This document shows positions 29,748 through 38,919 of a stretch of DNA of 43,401 nucleotides, piece after piece. The translations under genes were made by a program, and so were the position numbers. Every line of letters begins with the position of its first letter. The first letter of the stretch is position 1. Source of the stretch: Thermomicrobiales bacterium (GTDB lineage Bacteria; Chloroflexota; Chloroflexia; Thermomicrobiales; UBA6265); contig DASYWM010000164.1 in the NCBI GenBank assembly GCA_035936075.1, positions 1-43,401 of the forward strand, read 5' to 3'. The notes under the pieces are model-generated. The model did no database searches. It saw only the letters and a list, made by a program, of their open reading frames with translations, and had not been told where the DNA came from.

Positions 29748-30896
29748 CTATGAGCGCTCACTGTAATCAACGAGGGTGAGGAGCTCATCGACAAGGCGGG
29801 CGGCGGCGTCCGGGCGGGCAATGCGCCGAGCGTTCGCGCCCATCGCGTGCCGTCGCATAGGGTCGGCCAGGAGTGCGACGATCTCCTCCTCGAGGCGCTC
29901 GGGTGTCGCGTCATCCTGCTCGATCACGGTTGCACCGTCCGCACCTGCCAACAGGTTCGCGTTCTTGCGCTGCTCGTCTCCCCACGTTCCCGGCAACGGT
30001 ACAAGGATCGAAGGCTTGCCAAGAAAGGCGAGTTCGGCGACTGTTCCAGCCCCGGCGCGGGCGATCACGAGATCCGTGATGGCATAGAGGTCGGCGATCT
30101 CAGGGCCCAGGAATTCCTGAACGACATAGCGCTCACGTACATGCTGGGGCCAGGAATCCCGCAACGAGCGAAGGCGGGCGGCGTCCTCATTTGCAACCGA
30201 GGGACCGGACTGATGCACGATCTGGGTCTTCTCCAGCAGTCCCGGCAATAGCTTTTCGACACGTTGGTTGATGGGGCTTGCACCGCGCGCCCCACCGGTG
30301 ACAAAGATGACCGGAAGATTCGGCGACAGGCCGAAGTGCTCCCAGGCTTTCATCTTCGTGCCCTCAGTCAGGGAAGCCCGGACCGGGTTGCCGGTAACCA
30401 CCACGTGGTGGTGGTATCTTCGCGCAATTTTGGCAGTCTCGTCATAGGATGCGGCGAAGCGTTCCGAGAAGCGGGCCGCAATCTTGTTTGCGATGCCGAC
30501 CTGCGCTGTTTGTTCATGTGTGAGAACAGGCGCCACTCGAGATCCGCCGACAACGGTCGGAACACTCACATTCCCGCCTGTGCTGAAGATCACATCCGGT
30601 TTGAAGGCGCGTGCTTTGATCCATGCCTGAGCGATGCCCACTGGAATACGAAACAGGTCAGTTATGGTCTCTAATGAGAGATAGCGCCGGATCTTGCCGG
30701 TCTGGAGTGGAGCGAACGCTATACCATGCGAGTGAGCGATATCCCGTTCGACGCCCTTGTAGCTGCCGAGCCAAAGAATCTCCGCCGGTATCTCTCGTGA
30801 TTTGAGCTCTTCGATAACCGCGATGGCGGGAAGCACATGTCCTCCCGTACCGCCGGCGGCGATAAGGAGTCGCAGCGGTTTCTGGTTCGATGTCAC
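29748..30896 (-). CDS. murG: UDP-N-acetylglucosamine--N-acetylmuramyl-(pentapeptide) pyrophosphoryl-undecaprenol N-acetylglucosamine transferase
   Basis: Motifs LLIAAGGTGGHVLPAIAV, ARAGAGTVAELAFLGKPSILVPLP and EQRKNANLL. AAGGGA lies 5 nt before GTG 30896. Confidence 0.88.
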   Translation of the reverse strand: MTSNQKPLRLLIAAGGTGGHVLPAIAVIEELKSREIPAEILWLGSYKGVERDIAHSHGIAFAPLQTGKIRRYLSLETITDLFRIPVGIAQAWIKARAFKPDVIFSTGGNVSVPTVVGGSRVAPVLTHEQTAQVGIANKIAARFSERFAASYDETAKIARRYHHHVVVTGNPVRASLTEGTKMKAWEHFGLSPNLPVIFVTGGARGASPINQRVEKLLPGLLEKTQIVHQSGPSVANEDAARLRSLRDSWPQHVRERYVVQEFLGPEIADLYAITDLVIARAGAGTVAELAFLGKPSILVPLPGTWGDEQRKNANLLAGADGATVIEQDDATPERLEEEIVALLADPMRRHAMGANARRIARPDAAARLVDELLTLVDYSERS

Positions 30897-31131
30897 AACT
30901 GTCCCTTGGGCTGAATCAAGTGGTCCTTAGGTTGATGCTCAACGTCATTCAACTGCACGCCAGTATAGTGGGCGCGGGAGGGGCCCAATGGAGAGAACCT
31001 CAGATAGGAGTGACAGGTTCTACTCCTGATGACAGGCGACCTGCCCCGCTGGTTGGGCGTGCTACCATCCCCGTCAGGCAGTAAGTCGAAGGGGGCCGGA
31101 CGATCCGGAGGACCACGCTCTCGGAGAACCA

Positions 31132-31662
31132 ATGTCAGACGCACCAGGACGACGTTGCGCGAGTCCCCGTCCCATCTTTCCACTTCTGGTCTTGCTCCCC
31201 ATCCTGATCGTCGTGCTGGACCAGTTGCTCAAGGCCGTCATGGTCCAGTGGCTTGGACCTGAATCGACCCTGCACCGGTGGGAGTTGGCCGGAAGCTCTC
31301 TCGCTTTCGAGTACCTTGAGAATAGGGGAGCGGCCTTCGGGATTTTGCCAAATCAAACGGAACTGCTGACGGTGCTATCAACCGGGATTGCGGTCGCAGG
31401 TATTGCTCTTATGTGGCGGGAATCCAGGACGCATCCGATGATGGCGATCGCGATTGGTATGGTCGTCGGGGGAGCGGTTGGCAATATCATCGACCGTATT
31501 CGGCTCGGTTACGTCGTCGATTTTATCGCCGTCGGAGTCTGGCCCAAATTCAACCTGGCAGATGCAATGATAACGATGGGCGTTCTTCTACTGCTGTGGT
31601 CGACGGTACAGGAAGAACGCCGTGACACGCGCTCAAATCAGGGAATCAATACGCATGAATGA
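31132..31662 (+). CDS. lspA: Lipoprotein signal peptidase (signal peptidase II)
   Basis: Motifs ENRGAAFG, GNIIDRIRLGYVVDFI and FNLADAMI, with four hydrophobic helices. GGAG lies 5 nt before ATG 31132. Confidence 0.9.
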   Translation: MSDAPGRRCASPRPIFPLLVLLPILIVVLDQLLKAVMVQWLGPESTLHRWELAGSSLAFEYLENRGAAFGILPNQTELLTVLSTGIAVAGIALMWRESRTHPMMAIAIGMVVGGAVGNIIDRIRLGYVVDFIAVGVWPKFNLADAMITMGVLLLLWSTVQEERRDTRSNQGINTHE

Positions 31663-32653
31663 ACGCACACCAGGTACCCTGTTGGGGGTGGACTCCGAGG
31701 ATATCGCGGAAATTATTGAGCTCCGGCCGGACCCCTCACACAGGAATATGAGGCTTGACCGTTATGTTGCCGGCGAGTTGCCCGACTTGAGTCGCACGTA
31801 TCTCCAGTCACTGATCGACGAAGGAATGTTGCTGGTCGACGGTCGAACCCGGCGGGCTGCCTTCAAGATGACCCCTGGAGAAGTTGTCACTGTGGCGCTG
31901 CCGGTCCCACGCCAGTTCGATCTCGAGCCGCAGGACATCCCGCTTGATGTCCTTTACGAGGACGCAGACATCCTCGTTATCAACAAGTCTAGCGGCATGG
32001 TGGTCCATCCAGCGCCGGGACATCCGAAGGACACGCTGGTGAATGCGGTCCTGTATCACGCCCCAGAGATTTCGATCCAAGGTTCCACCCGGCCGGGAAT
32101 CGTTCACCGGCTGGACAAGGACACCTCTGGCGTGATGGTGCTTGCCAAGTCGGATCGGGCGCAAACCTCGCTGGTTGAACAATGGCTGGAACGGTCGGTC
32201 GTCAAGCACTATGCGGCGCTGGTCGCCGGGATTATCGAGGAAGAAGAGGGGACGATAGACGCCCCGATCGGGCGCGATCAGGTTAACCGGCAACGTATGG
32301 GCACGAGCCGTGCCGGACGCGAAGCGATCACGCATTTTCACGTTCAGGAGCGATTTGATGACGCGACGCTGCTGGATGTGCGGATCGAGACGGGCCGGAC
32401 GCACCAGATCCGAGTGCACCTGGCGTTTATCGGTCACCCGGTGGTCGGTGATGCAATCTATGGAAACAAGGTCTCAGAGAGGATTGCTCGTGATCATGGC
32501 GCCACCCGGCAGTTCCTGCATGCGTCTTCGCTGACGTTCAAGCTACCGGGTACAGAGGAAATGCGCACCTTTTCTGCCCCACTTCCTCACGAGTTGGAGG
32601 AGCTGCTTGAGCGGTTCCGCGAAGGGTCGGAGTCCGATGTTGCAGAGGTATGA
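31655..32653 (+). CDS. rluD: RluA/RluD-family 23S rRNA pseudouridine synthase
   Basis: S4-like N-terminus RLDRYVAGELPDLSRTYLQSLIDEGMLLVDG, catalytic HRLDKDTSGVMVLAK, and ETGRTHQIRVHL. ATG 31655 overlaps the lspA stop by 8 nt. GTG 31622 is an alternative start. Confidence 0.88.
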   Translation: MNERTPGTLLGVDSEDIAEIIELRPDPSHRNMRLDRYVAGELPDLSRTYLQSLIDEGMLLVDGRTRRAAFKMTPGEVVTVALPVPRQFDLEPQDIPLDVLYEDADILVINKSSGMVVHPAPGHPKDTLVNAVLYHAPEISIQGSTRPGIVHRLDKDTSGVMVLAKSDRAQTSLVEQWLERSVVKHYAALVAGIIEEEEGTIDAPIGRDQVNRQRMGTSRAGREAITHFHVQERFDDATLLDVRIETGRTHQIRVHLAFIGHPVVGDAIYGNKVSERIARDHGATRQFLHASSLTFKLPGTEEMRTFSAPLPHELEELLERFREGSESDVAEV

Positions 32654-33965
32654 GGAGATACATGACCGGATCGAACGCTGGTACCGGGCGGCACTCGAGG
32701 TGGTTGAGCCGAAGGCAGCGGTAGCCCGGGCGATGGCGTGGGACGGCGAAAGGCTCGTCGTTGACGGCCAGTCTATCCCAGTCGATATGAACGTCCGCGT
32801 GTTTGTGGTCGCGATTGGCAAGGCCGCTGTCGCGATGGCGGAAGGCGCCGTTGAGGGCCTGGGTGACCGGATTGATGACGGCATCGTGCTCACCAAATAT
32901 GGTCACCTAGGCGCCGGAATACGCGGTTTTCACTGCTTTGAGGCTGGCCATCCAATCCCGGACGCGAGCGGCGAGCAAGCGACGCGCAGTATCATCGATG
33001 CTTTTGAAGGACTGACATCCAACGATATTGTCCTTGCCCTGATCTCGGGAGGAGGATCAGCGCTCCTGGAGCTACCACGCGAACCGCTGACCCTGCAGGA
33101 TCTTCAACAAACGACCGAGGTGCTCATGCATGCCGGAGCGGGCATCCACGATCTCAATGCGGTTCGGAGCGTGCTCAGTCAAGTGAAAGGCGGGGGACTT
33201 CGCCGCCATATAGGCGCGGCTCGATGCGTCAGCCTTCTGCTGTCCGATGTATTGGGCAACGATCCCCAGGTTATCGCGAGTGGGCCGACCGTCCTGGTAC
33301 ATCGATCTTTTGCGGAGGCACAGGCGGTCGTTTCACGCTTTGGCGTGGAGGGTCGACTGCCCGAGTCAGTGCGCTTGGTGTTGGCCGGAGAAGATCGGAT
33401 CGATAGTACTCCCGACAGCAGCCACGATGTCTGGACTGTGATCGCCGACAACGCTGCAATGGTGAATGAGTTGCAGACCGTCGTGGAGGCCGAGGGGTTA
33501 TCCGCGCGACTTCAGTGGCAGGCCTACGATGGCGATGCGGCAAATCTTGGACGCAAGATGGTGGAGGATGCCCGCGCGTCGGACGATACGTGGGATGTTC
33601 TCCTCGGTGGCGGCGAAGCCACCGTCGAGGTTACCGGACAGGGCTCCGGAGGGCGCAACACGGAGGCGGTGCTCGTATCGGCTATGGCTCTTGAGCAACA
33701 AGGCGGAGATTGGGTCGTTGCCAGTCTCGCTTCGGATGGAGATGACGGATCCGCCGATGCCGCGGGGGCTATTGCTGATCCGGAGACCGTTGCTCGTGGG
33801 CGGCTGGCCGGCGTGGAACCATCGACATCGCTGGCCAACAGCGACAGTGCATCCTACTTTCGGAAGGCCGGCGGTCTTGTCGTGACCGGCCCATCCGGCA
33901 CGAATGTCAATGATGTCTATATTGCGGTGCGGATACGACCGACTTTCGATCAGGGTGAGAATTGA
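32637..33965 (+). CDS. Glycerate 2-kinase (DUF4147 + MOFRL family)
   Basis: N-terminal IGKAAVAMAEGA, LISGGGSALLE and GPT motifs. C-terminal MOFRL-type GGEATVEVTGQGSGGRNTE and SDGDDGSADAAGA. ATG 32637 overlaps the rluD 3' end by 17 nt. Confidence 0.82.
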   Translation: MLQRYEEIHDRIERWYRAALEVVEPKAAVARAMAWDGERLVVDGQSIPVDMNVRVFVVAIGKAAVAMAEGAVEGLGDRIDDGIVLTKYGHLGAGIRGFHCFEAGHPIPDASGEQATRSIIDAFEGLTSNDIVLALISGGGSALLELPREPLTLQDLQQTTEVLMHAGAGIHDLNAVRSVLSQVKGGGLRRHIGAARCVSLLLSDVLGNDPQVIASGPTVLVHRSFAEAQAVVSRFGVEGRLPESVRLVLAGEDRIDSTPDSSHDVWTVIADNAAMVNELQTVVEAEGLSARLQWQAYDGDAANLGRKMVEDARASDDTWDVLLGGGEATVEVTGQGSGGRNTEAVLVSAMALEQQGGDWVVASLASDGDDGSADAAGAIADPETVARGRLAGVEPSTSLANSDSASYFRKAGGLVVTGPSGTNVNDVYIAVRIRPTFDQGEN

Positions 33966-34903
33966 TGGAAAAGCGACCGCTCATGTTGGATGTCGATACG
34001 GGGGTCGACGACGCGGCGGCAATAGCGCTGGCGATTGGGCTGAAATCAGAACCGGTCGCGATCTCTACGGTCGCCGGGAACGTCCCCATCGATGCGTCGA
34101 CGGAGAACACGCTCCGCGTGCTCTCCCTGCTCGACAAGGGAGATGTGCCCGTCTATCGAGGTGCAAGCCGTCCTCTGACAGCCACGTACCAGGATGCTGC
34201 CCATGTACATGGGAGTAATGGGCTGGGCGGTGTGGAGTTACCACCTGCGAGGGCGACCCAGTGTGACTACACGGGGCCGGAGGCAATCGTTCGAATGGCG
34301 GAGCGATATGCCGGCGAACTGACCCTGGTGACGGTCGGACCGTTGACCAATCTGGCAATTGCGCTGTCGCTGCGTCCAGCCATTACCCGGCAGATCACTC
34401 GGGTGGTGATCATGGGCGGTGCATATTTTCATCCAGGGAATATCACTCCGTTCTCGGAATTCAACCTCTATGTGGATCCTGATGCCGCGGAGCAGGTATT
34501 CAATGCGGAATGGGATGACGTCACGGCAATCGGCCTGGATGTCACGCACCAAACGGCACTCACCCGCAATATGTGGGAAGCGATTCCTGCGGATGCAAGC
34601 GGGTCTGCCGGTCTGATCCGGGCGATATCAGAGCGGACCTTCGAAGAGCGAGCGCGCTCTGGCTTCTTCCTGCATGATCCATTGGCGGTGGCGGTCGCGC
34701 TCGATTCCTCCCTCATCACGGGGCAGCACAAGGCGGTGACGATGGACCTCCTGGGGGACACGCGAGGCCAGTCGAACGTTACGGGCGTGGGGAACGTCCT
34801 CGTTGCAACAGAGGTCCGAGCCGATGTCTTTGTTCGCCGTTTCTGCGAGGCGCTGAACCTGCCGTACGTTGAGGGCACTGAGGGGCTTGCCAACGCGGAG
34901 TAG
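33965..34903 (+). CDS. Nucleoside hydrolase (inosine-uridine preferring, IUNH family)
   Basis: The N-terminal aspartate cluster LDVDTGVDDAAAIALA is the IUNH signature. TVGPLTNLA is also present. ATG 33965 shares 1 nt with the upstream TGA. Confidence 0.88.
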   Translation: MEKRPLMLDVDTGVDDAAAIALAIGLKSEPVAISTVAGNVPIDASTENTLRVLSLLDKGDVPVYRGASRPLTATYQDAAHVHGSNGLGGVELPPARATQCDYTGPEAIVRMAERYAGELTLVTVGPLTNLAIALSLRPAITRQITRVVIMGGAYFHPGNITPFSEFNLYVDPDAAEQVFNAEWDDVTAIGLDVTHQTALTRNMWEAIPADASGSAGLIRAISERTFEERARSGFFLHDPLAVAVALDSSLITGQHKAVTMDLLGDTRGQSNVTGVGNVLVATEVRADVFVRRFCEALNLPYVEGTEGLANAE

Positions 34904-34956
34904 CGGGTGCAAGAAAAGTGAGCGTCACGGTTATCGTGACACCCATTTTCGGTTGC

Positions 34957-35943
34957 TCAGGACTGCCGGACAACTGCCAGGTCCAGCATATCGTTGAAGT
35001 ACCGGCGGGTTTCGTCGTCTGGAATCACTTCCAGTCGTTTCCGTGCCTGCTCGACGTAGGCCCGGGCAACATCTTCGGCACGCTCGAGCGCACCTGAGTC
35101 ACGAATCTGTGCGACGACGCCGTCAATGCGTGCATCGTTCGTCTCGTCACCGGAGATAATCCTCTCGATTGTCCTGCGGGTGTCAGTCTCGGAGGACAGC
35201 CCCTCTGCGAACATCATCACAGGTAGGGTGACAACTCCCTGGCGAATATCATTTCCAGCAGGTTTACCGATCGTATCGGTTCGTTCTCGCAGGTCGAGAA
35301 TGTCGTCAACGATCTGGAACGCCATGCCGAGCTCTGTCCCGAAGCGACGGAGCTCCTGTATTGCATATTCGGGCGCTTCGCCGATAACGGCTCCCATCTC
35401 GGCGGCACCAGCAAAGAGGGCAGCGGTCTTTCCATAAATTCGCTGTTCGTAGGATTCCCGGGTCTGTCCGAGATCGTGCGCTTCGAGGGTTTCGCGAAGT
35501 TGGCCATCACAGATGTCGGCAAGCGAGGTGGCAAAGATCATGACCACCCGAGGCACACCCGTTGCCGCAGCGAGAATCGCGCTCTGGGCGAATAGATAGT
35601 CGCCGATGAGGATGACAGCGCCCGAGCTGAGTTCAGTGTTCAGGGTTGGGTTGCCGCGTCGGAGAGCTGCGCGATCGATGTTGTCATCATGGATGAGTGA
35701 GGCGGTGTGGAGCAGCTCCACCCCCGCGGCGGCGATGATTGCATGCTCGCCTGGAGCACTGAAGGACCGCGTTGCCAGCAGCAAGAGCAACGGGCGCAAC
35801 CGCTTACCGCCTCCCTTGACAATATCCTGAAGCATCGTTGAGATGATAGGGTAGTCGACCCTGGCCGATTCCTGCAGCTGCTTCTCGACGAGGTCGAGCT
35901 CACGCTTCATGGATTGGAAGACGTCCGGGGCGTGTACTTTCAC
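34957..35943 (-). CDS. Long-chain trans-polyprenyl diphosphate synthase (hepta/octaprenyl type)
   Basis: First Asp-rich motif LIHDDNIDRAALRRG and second FQIVDDILD. GTG 35943 (VKVHAPDVF) has GGGAG 5 nt upstream. GTG 35955 and ATG 35910 are alternatives. Confidence 0.88.
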   Translation of the reverse strand: MKVHAPDVFQSMKRELDLVEKQLQESARVDYPIISTMLQDIVKGGGKRLRPLLLLLATRSFSAPGEHAIIAAAGVELLHTASLIHDDNIDRAALRRGNPTLNTELSSGAVILIGDYLFAQSAILAAATGVPRVVMIFATSLADICDGQLRETLEAHDLGQTRESYEQRIYGKTAALFAGAAEMGAVIGEAPEYAIQELRRFGTELGMAFQIVDDILDLRERTDTIGKPAGNDIRQGVVTLPVMMFAEGLSSETDTRRTIERIISGDETNDARIDGVVAQIRDSGALERAEDVARAYVEQARKRLEVIPDDETRRYFNDMLDLAVVRQS

Positions 35944-36174
35944 TGGAACTCCCACATCGTCACAGCACGGCGATGTCTACTTGCCATAGCTGAGACCTGG
36001 CTCTCAATGGCGACGAGTATCACCGTTCAGAGCGGAACGTGTCAACGGACGGACGTTTTATACTGGGTACGGGTCCGCCCCGATTGGCTAGGCCTTTCCA
36101 ATGAAGACCTCAGGCGACATCTCTATAAGCTCAGTCGTAATTCTGGAGTGCTTCGGCCACTCAGGAGACCATCG

Positions 36175-37989
36175 TTGTCAAATTACCCCCGTGCGCCGAT
36201 TGCTCCGTTAGCCGCTTCCCATGGACCAGTCAATTCAGAGCCCGAGCGACGCTGGCCCGGAGTTCGCTGGAGTCACAGCCTCATCCTTCCTGTTGCACTG
36301 CTCCTGATACTTATCACCCTAGCCGTCGCCGAGCCCCGCAAAGCATTCCTCGAGCTAGAGGTTGCGTCCAACGTTTCCGGCGAGGCGATTCCTGGTGCGG
36401 CGGTCACTATAGGCAACACATCCTATATCGCTGATAAGGACGGCAAGATTGTTGTGGAGCGACCCGAACGGGGTGCCTCCCTCTCTGCTGCCTCTGAAGG
36501 GTATGAGCCTCTTGTCGCAAAGTTTGCAAGCTCGGAGCAACGGTCGGTCACTCTTCAGCTTAAGCCATCCATCGTCCAGGGAGTGCTGAGAGACGGTGGG
36601 TCAGGTGAAGCAATCGCGGACGCTGACGTTGCGTTGCTGGATGCTTCGGGAAATGTGGTTGCTGAGACACGAACCGATTCCAGCGGCGCGTATCTCTTCA
36701 AGGATTTGCCAGCTCATTCCCTGCTCCGAATCGACGCTGGCGAGTATGGGGTCATCCAAAAAGAGGTTGGGCAACGTGCCGTCGTCAATCTCGATCTCGA
36801 TCGTTCCGTTTACCGCGGCAAAGTCTTAGATGATACTGGTGCACCGTTGCAGGGAGCACTCGTGCGGTCTGGGGATAGCCGTGTCGTCACCGGCGCCGAC
36901 GGCGAGTTCACCCTGGAAGGGGTAGGGCAGGGAGCGGAGGTGCGGATCACCGCCGCAGGTTTTCGGTCCATGACGCGGGACATCGGTAGCGAAGGGCTGG
37001 GAGACATTGCCCTCGAGCCTCAGATGATCAAGGCCGTATATGCAAGCTGGGCGCTCCTGGCAGATCCGGACGGATTGGACTCGCTGATCGATATCGCCAA
37101 CACGACCGAGATCAATGCAATTGTTATCGATATCAAGCAAGACACAATCTATTACGACAGCCAGGTGGAGTTCTTCCGTCGGGCTGGGACCGTGGCTCCT
37201 ATCTACGATGCTCGTGAAGTGGTTCGCAGGCTGGAGGAAAACAATATCTATCCGATCGCCCGCCTCGTGGTGTTCCAGGATCCACTGGTTGCCGAGGCCT
37301 ACCCGCAGTTCGCCGTTCAGGACTCCACTGGCAAGCTATGGCGTAACGAGATGGGCGTGGCGTGGGTGAGCGCATTCAACGAGGAGTTGTGGAACGCCAA
37401 CATCGAGTTGGCGGTGGAGGCGATCGAGCTGGGGTTCGCAGAGGTGCAGTACGACTACGTGCGGTTTCCGTCGGATGGCGATCTATCGACAGCGGATTTC
37501 GGACGTGAGTACACCGCCCAGGCGCGGGAAGACGCGATCACCGAATTTATGAGGCGCAGCTATGAAGCCGTCCATCACGCAGGAGGGCTGCTCGCGGCTG
37601 ACCTCTTCGGCTTTGTGACAATCGTTGACGATGAGCAGTACATCGGGCAGCGGTTCAGCCGGCTCTTGCCATATCTCGATTACGTTTGCATGATGATCTA
37701 TCCATCCCACTTTTCGGAAGGAAATATCGCCAGCGCGGCCGGTCATCCAAACGATTTTCCCTATGAGACTATCTATGAAAGTCTCGAGCGGGCGGAGCAA
37801 ATTGCTCCAGGAGCGAAAAAGAAGTTTCGACCCTGGTTGCAGGACTTCTCGTACGGCAGTATGCGGGAGTATGGCGCCGCTGACGTTCAGGCGCAAATCG
37901 ACGCGGCGGAAGACTATGGCGCCAGCGGGTGGATGCTGTGGGGGGATCCGTTCAATGTCACAGTAGAGGCGCTCCGGCACGATGATTGA
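36175..37989 (+). CDS. Membrane-anchored protein with three CarboxypepD_reg-like beta-sandwich repeats and a DUF4015 (putative glycoside hydrolase, TIM-barrel-like) domain
   Basis: TM helix SLILPVALLLILITLAVA. Repeats resemble GVLRDGGSGEAIADADVALLDASGNVVAETRTDSSGAYLFKDLP. The C-terminal IKAVYASW...INAIVIDIKQD...IYPIARLVVFQDP...VQYDYVRFPSDGD matches the recalled DUF4015 pattern. The start is uncertain: TTG 36175 has AGGAGA 6 nt upstream, and ATG 36007 is the alternative. Confidence 0.75.
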   Translation: MSNYPRAPIAPLAASHGPVNSEPERRWPGVRWSHSLILPVALLLILITLAVAEPRKAFLELEVASNVSGEAIPGAAVTIGNTSYIADKDGKIVVERPERGASLSAASEGYEPLVAKFASSEQRSVTLQLKPSIVQGVLRDGGSGEAIADADVALLDASGNVVAETRTDSSGAYLFKDLPAHSLLRIDAGEYGVIQKEVGQRAVVNLDLDRSVYRGKVLDDTGAPLQGALVRSGDSRVVTGADGEFTLEGVGQGAEVRITAAGFRSMTRDIGSEGLGDIALEPQMIKAVYASWALLADPDGLDSLIDIANTTEINAIVIDIKQDTIYYDSQVEFFRRAGTVAPIYDAREVVRRLEENNIYPIARLVVFQDPLVAEAYPQFAVQDSTGKLWRNEMGVAWVSAFNEELWNANIELAVEAIELGFAEVQYDYVRFPSDGDLSTADFGREYTAQAREDAITEFMRRSYEAVHHAGGLLAADLFGFVTIVDDEQYIGQRFSRLLPYLDYVCMMIYPSHFSEGNIASAAGHPNDFPYETIYESLERAEQIAPGAKKKFRPWLQDFSYGSMREYGAADVQAQIDAAEDYGASGWMLWGDPFNVTVEALRHDD

Positions 37990-38902
37990 GGCACATGACC
38001 TTTCTTCCGCGAGAGTAGAGGCCTTGCGTCGCGCGCGCGTCAACCGGTGGGTTCGCCTACTGCGTCCCGTGCAATGGGCCAAGAATGGGGTCGTGCTCGC
38101 GGCACTCGTGTTCGGAAGAGTCTATGAGGACCCGGCCAAGGTTTGGGCCTCGCTGGGCGCGGTCCTCGCTTTCTGCCTCATTAGCAGTGCCGGATACATC
38201 CTGAACGATTGGCTGGATGTTGAGCGCGATCGGCACCACCCATTGAAGCGGGCGCGTCCTCTGGCGTCCGGTGCTATTCGACCACGCTCCGCGCTGATTC
38301 TCGGGGGAGCGCTGGCGACAACCGCTCTGATCTCCTCGTTGCTCATATCGCCATCGCTGGCGCTCGTGATCTCCGTCTACGCTCTCCTGATGTCTGCCTA
38401 TAGTGTTTGGCTCAAGCGCGTGGTCATCATCGATGTCTTTGTCATCGCCGCAGGATTTCTCCTGAGGGCGGTCGCAGGAGGCGTGGCAATCAGCGTACCT
38501 ATTTCTACCTGGCTCATGCTTTGCACTGTGCTTCTCGCTCTGTTCCTGGGCTTTTGCAAGCGTCGAAACGAGATTCTGACATTGCAGGAGCGCGCGCAGC
38601 TGCACCGTGTGTCGTTGAGAGGGTATACGCCGGAAATCCTGGATCAGTTCATCCTGCTTACTGCCTCGAGCACGCTCATGGCATATGCGATGTACACGTT
38701 CACTGCTGAGTCGGTACCGACCAATCACGCAATGATGATCACTGTCCCGATCGTGGCGTTCGCGCTCTTCCGCTATCTCTATCTGGTGTACGGGCGAGCG
38801 CTGGGCGGTGCTCCCGAAGTGCTGCTCTTTCGGGATGCTCCGCTGCTTGGTGCCATTGTCCTCTGGGCATGCGCGGTCTTCATCGTCTTCTGGCTCGGCT
38901 AG
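37982..38902 (+). CDS. UbiA-family prenyltransferase resembling decaprenyl-phosphate phosphoribosyltransferase (DPPR synthase)
   Basis: LRPVQWAKNGVVLAALVFG and YILNDWLDVERDRHHPLKRARPLASG (the UbiA Asp-rich motif in DPPR-synthase-like context). About 8 hydrophobic helices. ATG 37982 overlaps the upstream stop by 8 nt. Confidence 0.8.
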   Translation: MIEAHDLSSARVEALRRARVNRWVRLLRPVQWAKNGVVLAALVFGRVYEDPAKVWASLGAVLAFCLISSAGYILNDWLDVERDRHHPLKRARPLASGAIRPRSALILGGALATTALISSLLISPSLALVISVYALLMSAYSVWLKRVVIIDVFVIAAGFLLRAVAGGVAISVPISTWLMLCTVLLALFLGFCKRRNEILTLQERAQLHRVSLRGYTPEILDQFILLTASSTLMAYAMYTFTAESVPTNHAMMITVPIVAFALFRYLYLVYGRALGGAPEVLLFRDAPLLGAIVLWACAVFIVFWLG

Positions 38903-38919
38903 TCCAGTTGCATGCCATG

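Noticed and set aside
30950-31060. tRNA-like or structured RNA in the murG-lspA divergent spacer (hairpins AGAACCT/AGGTTCT and GGAGT/ACTCC, GGTTCTACTCC resembling a T-arm)
   Set aside because: The loop sizes are wrong for a T-arm (10 nt rather than 7). No acceptor or D-arm pairing or anticodon stem could be built.
35914-36174. Long N-terminal extension of the DUF4015 gene that would overlap the divergent polyprenyl synthase start
   Set aside because: A start at 35914 overlaps the opposite gene's 5' end. The extension has lower third-position GC by eye and no hydrophobic or signal features. TTG 36175 has a good AGGAGA SD, though ATG 36007 remains possible.
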